DNA of 64,000 nucleotides from Pseudomonadota bacterium. Its GTDB lineage: Bacteria > Bdellovibrionota_F > JAHFAK01 > JBDREC01. Position numbers and translations under genes: made by a program. The DNA lies in contig JBDREC010000076.1 in NCBI GenBank assembly GCA_043820105.1, positions 1 through 64,000 of the forward strand. Reading direction: 5' to 3'. Below are positions 32,224-42,948 of the stretch, in pieces. The notes beneath the pieces were generated by a model. It worked only from the letters and a program-made list of their open reading frames with translations, was not told where the DNA came from and did no database searches. Within the stretch, counting starts at the first letter, position 1. Every line of letters begins with the position of its first letter.

Positions 32224-33330
32224 TTATTTTTCACTTTTTGTTAAGTATTTGTTTAAAAAGGAAACCTCATCAATCTGGGCTATAAACTCTGAGACAGAAA
32301 GCCCCTCTTCAGGATAATTCCATATTATCTTAATATAATCTGGCAGAATATCCAGATTATTCTTCACTCTATTTAAAGCCATTTCAGCGTCTTCAGAAGT
32401 AACATCCCTAAAAAAAACTAAAAAAGTATCATCAGCAATTTCAATAAGCTGATCTCTAGGATATCTAATAATGTTCTTTAGGACTTTAAAACGGCTTGGC
32501 AAGTTATCATTATTTTCAAGAAGATTCCTAGACCAAGAAATTTCAAGAATAGAAAAACACATGTGTAAACGTGATGCTCTTTCTATTTCAGAATTTAATA
32601 TATCCTTTATAAAGTTTTTATCCAAATGATTTGGAATTTCAAAAATAAAGCTAAAGCCTATGTCATCTTTAATATCAACAATACCACCATGAGTCCTTAC
32701 AAGCTTATAAGCGTTATAGAAATTAAGTCCCATCTCACCCTTTGTAACATTAGGAGAAGTAAATTTTTCAAGTAGTTTTTCCTTTAAGCTTTTATCTATA
32801 TCAATATCTAGACTTGATATAGCAAAAATCCATGATTCTTTTTTAATGTCTTCAGTACAATTTATTTTTATTTTTGCACTATCATTAACAGTATATATAA
32901 AAGTATCAAGAACTTTTGAAAATATATCAGTTAATATTGTAAGGTCTGCAAAGAGTAAGCCAGCTGTTTTTTGCACATTAATATCAATTTCAATATTTTT
33001 ATTTTTGATCTGATTTTTGAATTTATCCAGGGCTCTATTAATAAGAAAATGTATATCAATACTTTCTTTTCTTGGCAAACTTGCTTGAGTTTTTAAATAA
33101 TCAGAATCAAAAACAGAATCAATTGCGCTTGTTAATATATCAATGCTTGCTCTTGCAATTTTAAGATATCTTTCAAAAACATCCTTATCAGTTGGATTAA
33201 TTGCACCATCTACAAGGCCATCAACAAATGATTTCAATTTTGTTACAGGAGTTCTAAACTGGTGAGATACCTGAGCAATAAATTCATCCTTCAATTTTTC
33301 AAATTCTTCATTTGCTTTTTGATCAGGCAT
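32224..33330 (-). CDS. HisKA + degenerate HATPase + degenerate GGDEF-like protein
   Basis: VSHQFRTPV H-box; eroded N/G boxes; EIERASR...FS GGDEF-like N-terminus without GG(D/E)EF. Confidence 0.65.
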   Translation of the reverse strand: MPDQKANEEFEKLKDEFIAQVSHQFRTPVTKLKSFVDGLVDGAINPTDKDVFERYLKIARASIDILTSAIDSVFDSDYLKTQASLPRKESIDIHFLINRALDKFKNQIKNKNIEIDINVQKTAGLLFADLTILTDIFSKVLDTFIYTVNDSAKIKINCTEDIKKESWIFAISSLDIDIDKSLKEKLLEKFTSPNVTKGEMGLNFYNAYKLVRTHGGIVDIKDDIGFSFIFEIPNHLDKNFIKDILNSEIERASRLHMCFSILEISWSRNLLENNDNLPSRFKVLKNIIRYPRDQLIEIADDTFLVFFRDVTSEDAEMALNRVKNNLDILPDYIKIIWNYPEEGLSVSEFIAQIDEVSFLNKYLTKSEK

Positions 33331-33484
33331 TTTTAAACAATTTAGCTATTAATAAAAAATGATTTTACTCTGATTTTAGCTTTAATGTCAATTTAAAGAT
33401 AGTTAAAGCTAGCCCTATAAAGCCTTGACACATTTTCTTGTTTAAGTTTTAAATTTTTTATTCTAATTTTACAAAGTAAATACA

Positions 33485-34738
33485 ATGATAGATTTTTTTA
33501 AAATTATTTTAATGGACTATGGACTTGATAAACTGTTAGCTGATATAATTGTGAGATCTTGTGCCTTTGTATTAATCATTATTATCTCATTTATTGCTGA
33601 CATGCTTTCTAAAAAATTTATTGGCTCTATGACTGCAAAGCTTGCACAAACAACGGAGAATAAGTGGGATGACATCCTGATTAAAAGAAAAGTATTTAAC
33701 CGTTTATCTCATATGGCTCCAGCATTTATTCTATACATGGCCATGCCTTTTATTCTCAAAGGATATCCAACATTCATATCAGCATTAAATGTGCTAGTTT
33801 TAATTTATGTTATATTAGTTTCAATATTTGTCATTGATTCTTTATTGAATGCACTCCTTGATATCTATTCACATTTTAAAGTTTCAAAAGAAATTCCACT
33901 AAAAGGTTTAATTCAGATCTCAAAAATAATTATATTTTTTCTTGGCGCTATATTAATAATTTCAATAATAATTGGTAAATCACCATTTTACCTGCTTAGT
34001 GGCCTAGGCGCACTAACTGCTGTCTTATTATTAATATTTAAAGATTCCATTCTTGGATTTATTGCAGGAATTCAACTCGCTACAAACAAAATGATCGCTG
34101 TAGGTGACTGGATTTCAATGCCGCAATATGAGGCTGATGGAGATGTAATTGATGTATCTTTAACAACTATAAAAGTTCAAAACTGGGATAAAACAATTAC
34201 AACAATTCCGGCTTATGCACTTATTAGCGAATCCTTTAAGAACTGGAAAGGCATGGAAGCCTCTGGTGGCAGAAGAATTAAAAGAAAAATAAATATTGAT
34301 GTTAATACTATTAAGTTTTGCACTGAAAAAATGTTTACAAAATTTAAGCAAATAGAACATCTAAAGCCCTATCTTGAAAAAAAAGAAAAAGAAATAATTC
34401 AATATAATACTGACAACAAAGTTGACTTATCTTGTAGTGTTAATGGCAGAAGACTTACAAATATTGGCACCTTAAGAGCCTATATTGGAGAATATCTAAA
34501 AAAACATCCAATGATAAATCAAGATATGACTTTTTTGATACGACATCTTCCTGTTGAAGAAAATGGCTTACCCCTTGAAGTTTATGTTTTCTGCAAAGAC
34601 AAAGCCTGGGCAAATTATGAAAGCATAATTGCTGATATTTTTGATCATATATTGGCTGTTATCCCAGAATTTGATTTAAGAATTTTTCAAACTCCGAGTG
34701 GTTTTGATTTTAAAGCAGCGCTAAGTGGTAAGCAGTAG
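33485..34738 (+). CDS. MscS-family mechanosensitive channel (YbdG-like)
   Basis: GDWISMP, VQNWDKTITTIP, GGRRIKR, GLPLEVYVF. Confidence 0.9.
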   Translation: MIDFFKIILMDYGLDKLLADIIVRSCAFVLIIIISFIADMLSKKFIGSMTAKLAQTTENKWDDILIKRKVFNRLSHMAPAFILYMAMPFILKGYPTFISALNVLVLIYVILVSIFVIDSLLNALLDIYSHFKVSKEIPLKGLIQISKIIIFFLGAILIISIIIGKSPFYLLSGLGALTAVLLLIFKDSILGFIAGIQLATNKMIAVGDWISMPQYEADGDVIDVSLTTIKVQNWDKTITTIPAYALISESFKNWKGMEASGGRRIKRKINIDVNTIKFCTEKMFTKFKQIEHLKPYLEKKEKEIIQYNTDNKVDLSCSVNGRRLTNIGTLRAYIGEYLKKHPMINQDMTFLIRHLPVEENGLPLEVYVFCKDKAWANYESIIADIFDHILAVIPEFDLRIFQTPSGFDFKAALSGKQ

Positions 34739-34925
34739 ATATTAAGCGGTAAGTGTGAATCCCTACAGTTTCTGATCGCCAAGCATGGGGCATACATCAC
34801 TAAATCCACACCTCAACAATAGTACCAAAGAATTCATTTGACATAAACACACACCTCCTGTATATTGCGCCGTGTCATCAAGGTTTTTATCCTTTATGGC
34901 GCGAATTAAAATTGGGAGAAATATT

Positions 34926-37262
34926 ATGAACAATTATAAATCTATAACCTATCTTATTATTATTTTCATTTTTTTTGCCTTAAATAATATATTAATTGCA
35001 GACACGAACTGTTTTGAACTAGTAAAAGATATCTTTTCTGTACATGCAGGACAGCGTACAGCAGATGATTTTGGTTTGAATAAGGGAAAAATAAATAAAT
35101 TTCTTCAAGACCCAAATTATTTCAAAGAAATAAATAATAATAAATATCCTGAACTTCAAAATTGCCAAAACTCAGTATTACTTGATAATTTATATTCCCT
35201 TGTGCAGGACAAATTAAGCATTTGGATAAGGCTCGCAGAAGAATGTGAAAAAGAACCTTGGTATTCTTATTGCAGTCACCTGGAAACTTATATTGATACA
35301 GATTTAAATCTACAAAATAAAATAGCACAAAATAGAAATAGTGAGGAGTTTAATGAGATATTTGATAAACTAGATATATATGAGGAAGAAATTGCAATAG
35401 TGGATACATATAAAGAAGAAGCGACCCTTAATGATATAGAACCAATAAAAATAACCTTAGAAGAACTTGAAATAGTACCACAAAAAATTGAAGATAATAT
35501 AGAAACAATTTTCACTCAAGCAGAAATTGTTGATGATATGAACTTTGAGCTTTGTCTGGCAGAAGCGAAGGACAAAGGACTTTTTGGAAGTCATAAATAT
35601 AGTTTTGGTAGCAAGGTTTTTGACGAAATAAATTGGTTTAAGATTCTTGGCACAGACAAAGAAACAAAATCAAAAACCCATTATACTCCAGAAATCATTA
35701 ATCTGCATCCGTATTGTTATACACCAATAATTAAGTATTTAACCAGCAGAAGTCTTGAATGGCACAATTATAAAAGCAAAGTATGCCTAAGCAAAAAAGC
35801 TAATGGTGATTCCTATTATTCAATAACACATGATCGAAATGGCGGGTATATAATTGGAGCTGACTTAAAAGATGTGCAGGTTGATAATTCTAAAATAAAC
35901 AATGTTTACAAAGGATCTGAGTTTGATTATCACTGCGGATATTTAAATATGGGAATTGAATTCCTCAAAGACATAAATGCAAACCCAATTAAAACCATTA
36001 CTAATTCATTTTTGTTGGAGATTGATAATAAGTATGCAGATTCAAAATTCCCATTAATTGATTTTTTAAGCACAAATATATTTTTTGATAAATTTAATTT
36101 TGAATACTATGATTTTGGAAATAAATTATTAAGAAAAATAATGCTTTTTAAGTTTGATCAGCTTGTTGGTAATAACTATAACAGCCTTAAACTTGAACTT
36201 AATGAAGCACAGTTTTTAAAGACAAGTTTTAATGAATGTCTGTATGAAAACGATTCTATTGAAAATCAAAAAAACTGTCTTGCTGGGATTAAAACTTTAT
36301 TATCAAAAGAAAACAAGCCAACTATGATAGCAAAAGCACTTGCCAACAATGGCGAAAACATACTTATTGCAGTAAATAAATTCAACATCCAATATCCCGA
36401 ACAAACTAACAATCTTTTATTATTATCAAATGATACCAATGAAAATTCACAAATCTATTTTAAATTATTAAAATATGATCCTATTAGTGCAAATGAATAT
36501 TATAAAATTTCAGAAACAGATACTGCTGCAGCAACTGTCTATTTAGATCTCTTGGAAAGAGAATTTACTAACCAGGCTAATGTCTTTAGTACATATGGCT
36601 TTTATGAAGAATTGAAAAAATATCATGACTTATTGATAAATAGAAATAATCCCTTAGCTGCTTCGAGCTTTATGAAGATATTTATTCAGAATCTTGAATT
36701 TAGTGAAACAGCTTCTTTTGCAGCTGGTTATTACACAGCAGTAACACATTCAGAATTACAGGGTAATGACCTAATTGAAAAGCATTACTATGAGCTATTT
36801 TTTCATAAAGCAAGCCTTGATTATTTAAGTTTACTATTAGGAAACGAACACGGAAATCGAAACTATCAAATCTACTTAGCTGAAACTTATTACGATTTAA
36901 TTGTGATAGACAAAGACAAGTTAAGAGCTAACAGATATTTCATTGCACTTACAAATGGGATTGTAGTGGAAATGCCATACAAACTAAATCATGAAGAATT
37001 ATCACTAATAAATAACCTTGCACAGACCTATAAACGTGATTTTTGGTCAACATATGATGAGCAATGGACTATAAGCAATCCAGATATACACAAAAAAATT
37101 ATAGTTTCGTTTTGCAATGAAGGCAACCTAAATGCAAGTAAAATTGAAAAAATAGAAATGGGTTATGAAATCATTTTTTATAAAAAAGCTTTTAAAGATT
37201 TTGCCTATTATTACCAAAAAGCCCTTAACAAAATAACTAAGCGAATCACAGCAAGCCTTTAA
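34926..37262 (+). CDS. Hypothetical secreted protein
   Basis: Signal peptide after ATG 34926; TTGACA-17-TATATT promoter upstream; no family recognised. Confidence 0.65.
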   Translation: MNNYKSITYLIIIFIFFALNNILIADTNCFELVKDIFSVHAGQRTADDFGLNKGKINKFLQDPNYFKEINNNKYPELQNCQNSVLLDNLYSLVQDKLSIWIRLAEECEKEPWYSYCSHLETYIDTDLNLQNKIAQNRNSEEFNEIFDKLDIYEEEIAIVDTYKEEATLNDIEPIKITLEELEIVPQKIEDNIETIFTQAEIVDDMNFELCLAEAKDKGLFGSHKYSFGSKVFDEINWFKILGTDKETKSKTHYTPEIINLHPYCYTPIIKYLTSRSLEWHNYKSKVCLSKKANGDSYYSITHDRNGGYIIGADLKDVQVDNSKINNVYKGSEFDYHCGYLNMGIEFLKDINANPIKTITNSFLLEIDNKYADSKFPLIDFLSTNIFFDKFNFEYYDFGNKLLRKIMLFKFDQLVGNNYNSLKLELNEAQFLKTSFNECLYENDSIENQKNCLAGIKTLLSKENKPTMIAKALANNGENILIAVNKFNIQYPEQTNNLLLLSNDTNENSQIYFKLLKYDPISANEYYKISETDTAAATVYLDLLEREFTNQANVFSTYGFYEELKKYHDLLINRNNPLAASSFMKIFIQNLEFSETASFAAGYYTAVTHSELQGNDLIEKHYYELFFHKASLDYLSLLLGNEHGNRNYQIYLAETYYDLIVIDKDKLRANRYFIALTNGIVVEMPYKLNHEELSLINNLAQTYKRDFWSTYDEQWTISNPDIHKKIIVSFCNEGNLNASKIEKIEMGYEIIFYKKAFKDFAYYYQKALNKITKRITASL

Positions 37263-37287
37263 TCTGACCTACAAAAACTTACTATTG

Positions 37288-38208
37288 CTATGGATACAAA
37301 TAAATATGATCAAACATAAGTCCTGAGCATTCCATTTCACCATTTTCAATAGCTTCAAAATATGCATAAAAATCACCGCACTCTGAATACTCTGAACTTG
37401 GATAAAGCCAAGAATTAGGAATTATCGCGATTCTTAAATAATCATCTGTATCAACATAACAAGATGGAATATTTGAAAACATTTTTCGATTTGTAACAGG
37501 AATTCTATCACTTGATAAAGCTGGTAAAATCATATCAACAGGCAAAAGTCTACTTCCCCCTGTAAATCTATCAATATCTTTGCTCAACTTATTAAGACAT
37601 TTCATTTCAAGATTTTGAGCTATACAAACTTTTTGTTTTTTTCTACATTCCTTGTAGAATTCCTGGCCTTGGTTTAAAGATTTAGCAATACAAAATTTTG
37701 CATCTGCATGACATTTATTATAACCATCAACAGATTTAATTAAAGAGTGTCCATCCCCTCTTGTTAGAGGAATCTCAACAAGATAACTTTCAGCCCCATA
37801 CAAATAATCTATATAATCTGAATATAATACATGAGTTTGAATATATTTTAATTCATCATCCAAAAGTTCATTAGGCAAATAACGTGGGTAAACAGGAGGT
37901 TTTTCAGCATTAGAAACTTCTTCTTCATAATCATAATAATCCTCATCATAATCCAAAACCTTAATATTTTTTATTCTACTAAAATCAATTTCAGGACCTG
38001 CCCCTGGATCTGAAAAGGAATCTCCATCAAAAGGTATAGAAACATCGTCACTATTAAAAAATCGAGTCTTAGAGTTAAGTTGAATACCTGTTAATTTTGC
38101 TTCAAATAGATCCACATCATCTGCAAGAATTTTTTCCTGAAAACTTATTAATGTAATAAAAATGAAGATAACAAGAGTAACAATAACGTGAATTGAATTT
38201 TGCTTCAT
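37288..38208 (-). CDS. Hypothetical secreted Cys-rich protein
   Basis: Signal peptide, acidic stretch, several Cys; no family recognised. Confidence 0.6.
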   Translation of the reverse strand: MKQNSIHVIVTLVIFIFITLISFQEKILADDVDLFEAKLTGIQLNSKTRFFNSDDVSIPFDGDSFSDPGAGPEIDFSRIKNIKVLDYDEDYYDYEEEVSNAEKPPVYPRYLPNELLDDELKYIQTHVLYSDYIDYLYGAESYLVEIPLTRGDGHSLIKSVDGYNKCHADAKFCIAKSLNQGQEFYKECRKKQKVCIAQNLEMKCLNKLSKDIDRFTGGSRLLPVDMILPALSSDRIPVTNRKMFSNIPSCYVDTDDYLRIAIIPNSWLYPSSEYSECGDFYAYFEAIENGEMECSGLMFDHIYLYP

Positions 38209-38513
38209 TCTTGCCCCCAGCAATGCATCATTTCATAATATAACCATTTATTGCAGTTTTTATGCCATTTTTATATTATTAAATTCATTTATTATTTCAA
38301 GGTTTTAAATATTAGCGATTTTTAAAGGTGAGATACCGAATTCCCATTTTTTTATATTTTGGGGATCTTAAAACCTCAAATAATCAAGATCCGGGATGCT
38401 TTAAAAATTTAAAAAAAACATTACAAAGACAAATTTATTTCCCTATTTTATTCCTTGCCAGAAAAGATATAAATAGTTAAGTTCACCTAAGTTCAACTAT
38501 TTGAATCAAATAA

Positions 38514-39269
38514 ATGAAAATTACTATTCTAGGTTGTGGTACAAGCACAGGCGTTCCAATGCTTGGCTGCAATTGCAATATTTGCTCATCAAATAATTCT
38601 AAAAATAAAAGAACCAGGTCTTCTGTTCTGATTCAAAATAATAATAAAAATATATTAATAGACACAGCCCCAGATCTTCGTTTTCAGGCAATTGCAAATA
38701 AAATTCTTAACATTCACGCTGTTCTTTATACACATGATCATGCTGACCATACACATGGAATTGATGATTTAAGATCATTTAACTTTATTCATAAAAGCAT
38801 GATTGGCTGTTATGCTTCAAAGAAAACAATTTTAACAATTAAAAATAGGTTTTCTTATATTTTTGATAAAAGATTTGACCCATTAAAGCCTAATCTAAAA
38901 ATGATAGCCATTGATAAGCACTTTGAACTTTTTGATCTTAAGATAACTCCAATTCCACTTCAGCATGGGGATGATAATATCTTTGGTTTTAGAATAAATA
39001 ACTTTGCCTATTTAACAGATTGCTCAGGCATAAATGAATCATCTCTAAAGCTCTTACAAAACCTTGAGTTGGTAATTATTAGCGGCCTTCGTTTAAAACC
39101 ACACAAAAAGCATTTTAGTATAGAGCAAGCCACAAATATGATAAAAAAATTAGGTGCTAAAAAAGGTCTTATAACACACTTAAGTCACACTTTAGATTAT
39201 AATGAGATTAGCAAGACCCTTCCTGAGAATATTAATCTTGCCTATGATGGCTTAGTCATCAAGCTTTGA
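38514..39269 (+). CDS. MBL-fold hydrolase (PhnP-like)
   Basis: LGCGTSTGVP, CNCNIC, THDHADHTHGIDD, YLTD, THLSH. Confidence 0.88.
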   Translation: MKITILGCGTSTGVPMLGCNCNICSSNNSKNKRTRSSVLIQNNNKNILIDTAPDLRFQAIANKILNIHAVLYTHDHADHTHGIDDLRSFNFIHKSMIGCYASKKTILTIKNRFSYIFDKRFDPLKPNLKMIAIDKHFELFDLKITPIPLQHGDDNIFGFRINNFAYLTDCSGINESSLKLLQNLELVIISGLRLKPHKKHFSIEQATNMIKKLGAKKGLITHLSHTLDYNEISKTLPENINLAYDGLVIKL

Positions 39270-39737
39270 AACAAGTATTTTAGTGCCTTCTACTTTTATA
39301 ACTTTAATTTTTGTGCCTACTTCTAAAAATTCTGATTCTGAGATAACATCATATCTGTTTCCATCAATTTCAGCGATTCCAGATGGTCTTAAAAAAGAAG
39401 TAACAATGCCTTCCTTTTTTAAAAGCAGTTCAAGACCTGGTTTTCCAAGCTTATCGGCGCATTTTGCTTCTTGTCTTTGCTCAAGAACAAATTTCTTACT
39501 AGCTCGAGACTTTAAAAATATTACAACAAATCCAATGGATAAAACTATTGAACAAAAAGTTAATAAAATACCTGGCAACTGACCGAATTCAGTCCAGGTA
39601 AAAAAGCAGCCCACAGAAACAGCCATTATTCCTCCGACTCCAAAAAAGCCAAAACCAGGGATTAAAAAGACCTCTAAAAATAAAAGAGCGAAACCAAAGA
39701 CAAGAATTATTGCAATAAAAAAAGCCATATCAAACAT
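39252..39737 (-). CDS. Short NfeD-family membrane protein
   Basis: LEVFLIPGFG TM segments; LRPSG OB-fold. Confidence 0.85.
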   Translation of the reverse strand: MFDMAFFIAIILVFGFALLFLEVFLIPGFGFFGVGGIMAVSVGCFFTWTEFGQLPGILLTFCSIVLSIGFVVIFLKSRASKKFVLEQRQEAKCADKLGKPGLELLLKKEGIVTSFLRPSGIAEIDGNRYDVISESEFLEVGTKIKVIKVEGTKILVSKLDD

Positions 39738-41127
39738 TATTTATTCTCCTTTTTCTTACAACAAATTTTGTTCCTTCAATTTTTATTAATTCTATTTCTG
39801 ATCCTTCTTCAATAAAATCACCTTCTGTAACAACAGAATATTTCTTTTTATTAAATATAGCTGTTCCAGCTGGTCTCAAAATTGTTTTTGCTCTTCCTAT
39901 ATCACCAACTTCTATTGCTTCTATACCTTCTATTTCCATATTTTGATTATCTAGATCTTTTGCCTTATCAGCATTTCTTGATAAAATTCCAGCCTGCAAA
40001 ACAAGCCTTTTTCCAAAACCTGTTTTGGGAAAATATTTTATTATTAACAACATTCCAATAAAGGTAAAGATTACTGCAAAACCCACTTGCAAAAAAGCAG
40101 CTGAAATATCAGGCATTGAAACAGGAAATTTAGTGTCCATTAAACTTAAAATTAAACTTATAACAACACAAAATATTCCTGATATTCCTGCGATTCCAAA
40201 TCCAGGAATAAAGAATATTTCAGCAAGCAACAAAGCCACTCCTAATAAAAACAAAAGAATCTCTTCCCAGCCAACAAGGTTAATTGTATAATGCCCAAAG
40301 AAAAATAAAATTAAAGCTATAGTTCCAGCAGTGCCAGCTATCCCCCAACCAGCTGTTTTAAACTCTAAAAAAAGTCCAAGAAAACCAATGCTCATTAACA
40401 GGGAACTAACTAGAGGATGTGTAATAAAGCGAATAAACTCTTCTGCCCAATTTGTTTTATTTTCTTTAATAATTCCATTTTCAAAGCCAAGATTTGTTAA
40501 AACTTCCTGCTTTGTTTCAGCTATAGTATCAATAAATTTAATTTTGATAGCATCCTGGGTGGTTAAGGTTAATAGCTTTTCCTTTTCTATAACATCCTTT
40601 ATTTCAACATCAGAATCAACCATTGCTTCAGCGATTTTTGGATCCCTGCCCTTTTTCTCTGCTGTGGCTCGCATTTCTGATCTAAAATAAGAAACCATTT
40701 TCTCGCCAACTGGTTTTGCCTCCTGGCTAGGTCCTGTCATAATTGGAGTAGCAGCTCCAATCGTACCCCCGGATGTCATTGCTATTTTATCACAGGCTAT
40801 TGAAATTAAAGCTCCAGCAGAAATAGCCCTTGGATTAATAAAAGCAATAGTAGTTAGCTTTGTATCCATTATTGCATCTCGAATTTCAACAGCGGCGTCT
40901 AACCTTCCACCAAAAGTATTAATGTCAAAAATGAGTCCTTTTGCACCCTCTTCCTGAGCCACTTGAATAGTTCTTTTAATAAAAGGCAAAAGCCCTCTAT
41001 CAATCATTCCATCAACTTTTATTAAATAAAAAACTTCTTGAGAATTTTGAGCATAAGAATGCTTAATTAAATTAAGGGAAAAAATAATAAGAAAGGTACA
41101 AAAAAGAAACTTAAAATATTTTTTCAT
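39730..41127 (-). CDS. nfeD: Long NfeD (ClpP-like protease domain + TM + OB-fold)
   Basis: INTFGG, AISAGALI, IAEAMVD, EIFFIPGFG, LRPAG. Confidence 0.88.
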   Translation of the reverse strand: MKKYFKFLFCTFLIIFSLNLIKHSYAQNSQEVFYLIKVDGMIDRGLLPFIKRTIQVAQEEGAKGLIFDINTFGGRLDAAVEIRDAIMDTKLTTIAFINPRAISAGALISIACDKIAMTSGGTIGAATPIMTGPSQEAKPVGEKMVSYFRSEMRATAEKKGRDPKIAEAMVDSDVEIKDVIEKEKLLTLTTQDAIKIKFIDTIAETKQEVLTNLGFENGIIKENKTNWAEEFIRFITHPLVSSLLMSIGFLGLFLEFKTAGWGIAGTAGTIALILFFFGHYTINLVGWEEILLFLLGVALLLAEIFFIPGFGIAGISGIFCVVISLILSLMDTKFPVSMPDISAAFLQVGFAVIFTFIGMLLIIKYFPKTGFGKRLVLQAGILSRNADKAKDLDNQNMEIEGIEAIEVGDIGRAKTILRPAGTAIFNKKKYSVVTEGDFIEEGSEIELIKIEGTKFVVRKRRINNV

Positions 41128-41295
41128 TCTTACATACTTACTAAAAAAATGGATATTACAATATTATTAGCAATAGAATAAATTAAAAAGCAAATATTAA
41201 AACCTAGCCAAATTGACACCATTTTTGAAAAATGAAAAGTTAATGCTATTTATAATTATACAATAATTTCTACATATTATGCTAAAAACTATATC

Positions 41296-41311
41296 TGGCA
41301 CATATCTTGTA
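41296..41311 (+). promoter_or_regulatory. Possible sigma54 promoter
   Basis: TGGCAC-ATATC-TTGTA; 14 nt identical to the site at 54284. Confidence 0.5.
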
Positions 41312-41352
41312 AACCTTAAAAACCATATAAAATAACATAAAGAACCATAATT

Positions 41353-42693
41353 ATGAAAAAGCTTGGAGCATACTTAATTTCCTTATTTCTCATTTTTTCA
41401 AATCTGGTTTTAGCTGAAACTGGTTTTGAAAATGCAGAAGTCTCAACTGAACACATCTTCACACAAGATGAATTATTAATTACCAGTACCATGATATTAG
41501 AAGCTGTAAAAAATAAGCACTCTGCTTCTGTTGAATTTGATAATGGCTTACTGGTTCAAGTCCTTTATAGCCGAGATTTCATGACTCTGAATATGACTCA
41601 TTCTTTTGATTTTGTGAGTGACTTTTTTGAACTAACTTTCAATGCTGAAGCTCACAGCCTATTTCAAACAGAAAGATTTGCAGTGCTTGTTTCATATCCA
41701 ATAATGGGACACTTTATTGTGGGAGCAGGACAAGGCCTCGCTACCCATAAAACTTATTATGAAATTCACAATATGAATGATATGTATGGCCTACTAACAT
41801 CACCCTTAATACCACAAGATATTAAAGATTCTTTAGAAGCTGAAGGGGTTTTTGATTATATTTCTCTTCCAGACAACAATGAGCTTTCAAGCAAAAACCC
41901 AGTTACCTACTTTGGTCTTGGAGTAAGGTTTAATGAAAATAATCAGATTTATATTCAGCCTGGTTTTGTTTTTGGAGATAAAACTCGAATTGATACAATT
42001 GACTTAAACATAAAACTTGGTGGCGAAAAGGCAGGTTTCATTTTTGATTTTCAAAGAACTGAAATGGCTCACAGAGTGAGGGAAATTTTCCCAACAGAAG
42101 ATCTACCTGCAGGAAAACTTTTTAACTATGCTGACCTAAAGCTTTCTACAATGACCATGGATACATCAATTTTCTTTGAAAACAAGAATAAAACAAGAGT
42201 GACCTTAGGCTTTTATGGAGATTATTATCCTGATTTTGCAAAAGCCCGTATTTATGTAAAATCACGAATTCGAGATAAAGTTACTTTTCAGGTAGGCATG
42301 AAGTTTATTTTCAACTATATGCCAATCCCAACAAGCATTGACTTTACAGGTGAATCAGGGACTCAAGTTTTTGTAGAAAATCCAACGCCTAAATGGTTAA
42401 ATTATGACAGCCACCTTTTTGTTGGAGGCGGCTACAATTTTAACATCAATCCTAACTTTAGAATAGAACCCTCAGGCTTGTTAATTTTCCAAGGTCCAAA
42501 CAATTTTGATGCAGAACCTGGAAAACCTATTGGTGGGGGTGGAAGCCTTGATCTTGCCTTCCGTCCAAATGGAAGAAATTGGTGCTCAGGTGGTATTGAT
42601 GTAATAGCTTTTGATCCTGCTGCAAATGGAAAAGCAAATGTGGCTGTAATTGGACAATTTTCTGTTCAATTTGGGAAGAGTCCGAATAGCTAA
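41353..42693 (+). CDS. Hypothetical outer-membrane beta-barrel-like protein
   Basis: Signal peptide; alternating aromatic/Gly strands; C-terminal QFSVQFG. Confidence 0.55.
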   Translation: MKKLGAYLISLFLIFSNLVLAETGFENAEVSTEHIFTQDELLITSTMILEAVKNKHSASVEFDNGLLVQVLYSRDFMTLNMTHSFDFVSDFFELTFNAEAHSLFQTERFAVLVSYPIMGHFIVGAGQGLATHKTYYEIHNMNDMYGLLTSPLIPQDIKDSLEAEGVFDYISLPDNNELSSKNPVTYFGLGVRFNENNQIYIQPGFVFGDKTRIDTIDLNIKLGGEKAGFIFDFQRTEMAHRVREIFPTEDLPAGKLFNYADLKLSTMTMDTSIFFENKNKTRVTLGFYGDYYPDFAKARIYVKSRIRDKVTFQVGMKFIFNYMPIPTSIDFTGESGTQVFVENPTPKWLNYDSHLFVGGGYNFNINPNFRIEPSGLLIFQGPNNFDAEPGKPIGGGGSLDLAFRPNGRNWCSGGIDVIAFDPAANGKANVAVIGQFSVQFGKSPNS

Positions 42694-42948
42694 ATTTTTG
42701 GCTCATCTCCAATTTGAGTACCCACAAAGAATAATTTTTTTAAAAAAATATAAAACATTGTTCCAACTATTCTATGATATTCAAATTAAAATAAATATTT
42801 CTATATATGAAACCACTGGATTAATCTTAGAATTATGATTAGGATTAAGATGAGGCTAATGATTTTTGCGCTCTTCTTCTCAGATTTAACTGAAAACTGC
42901 TGCTCTATTGTTTAAGTACTCAAATTGGAGATGAACTTTAATTATTAT

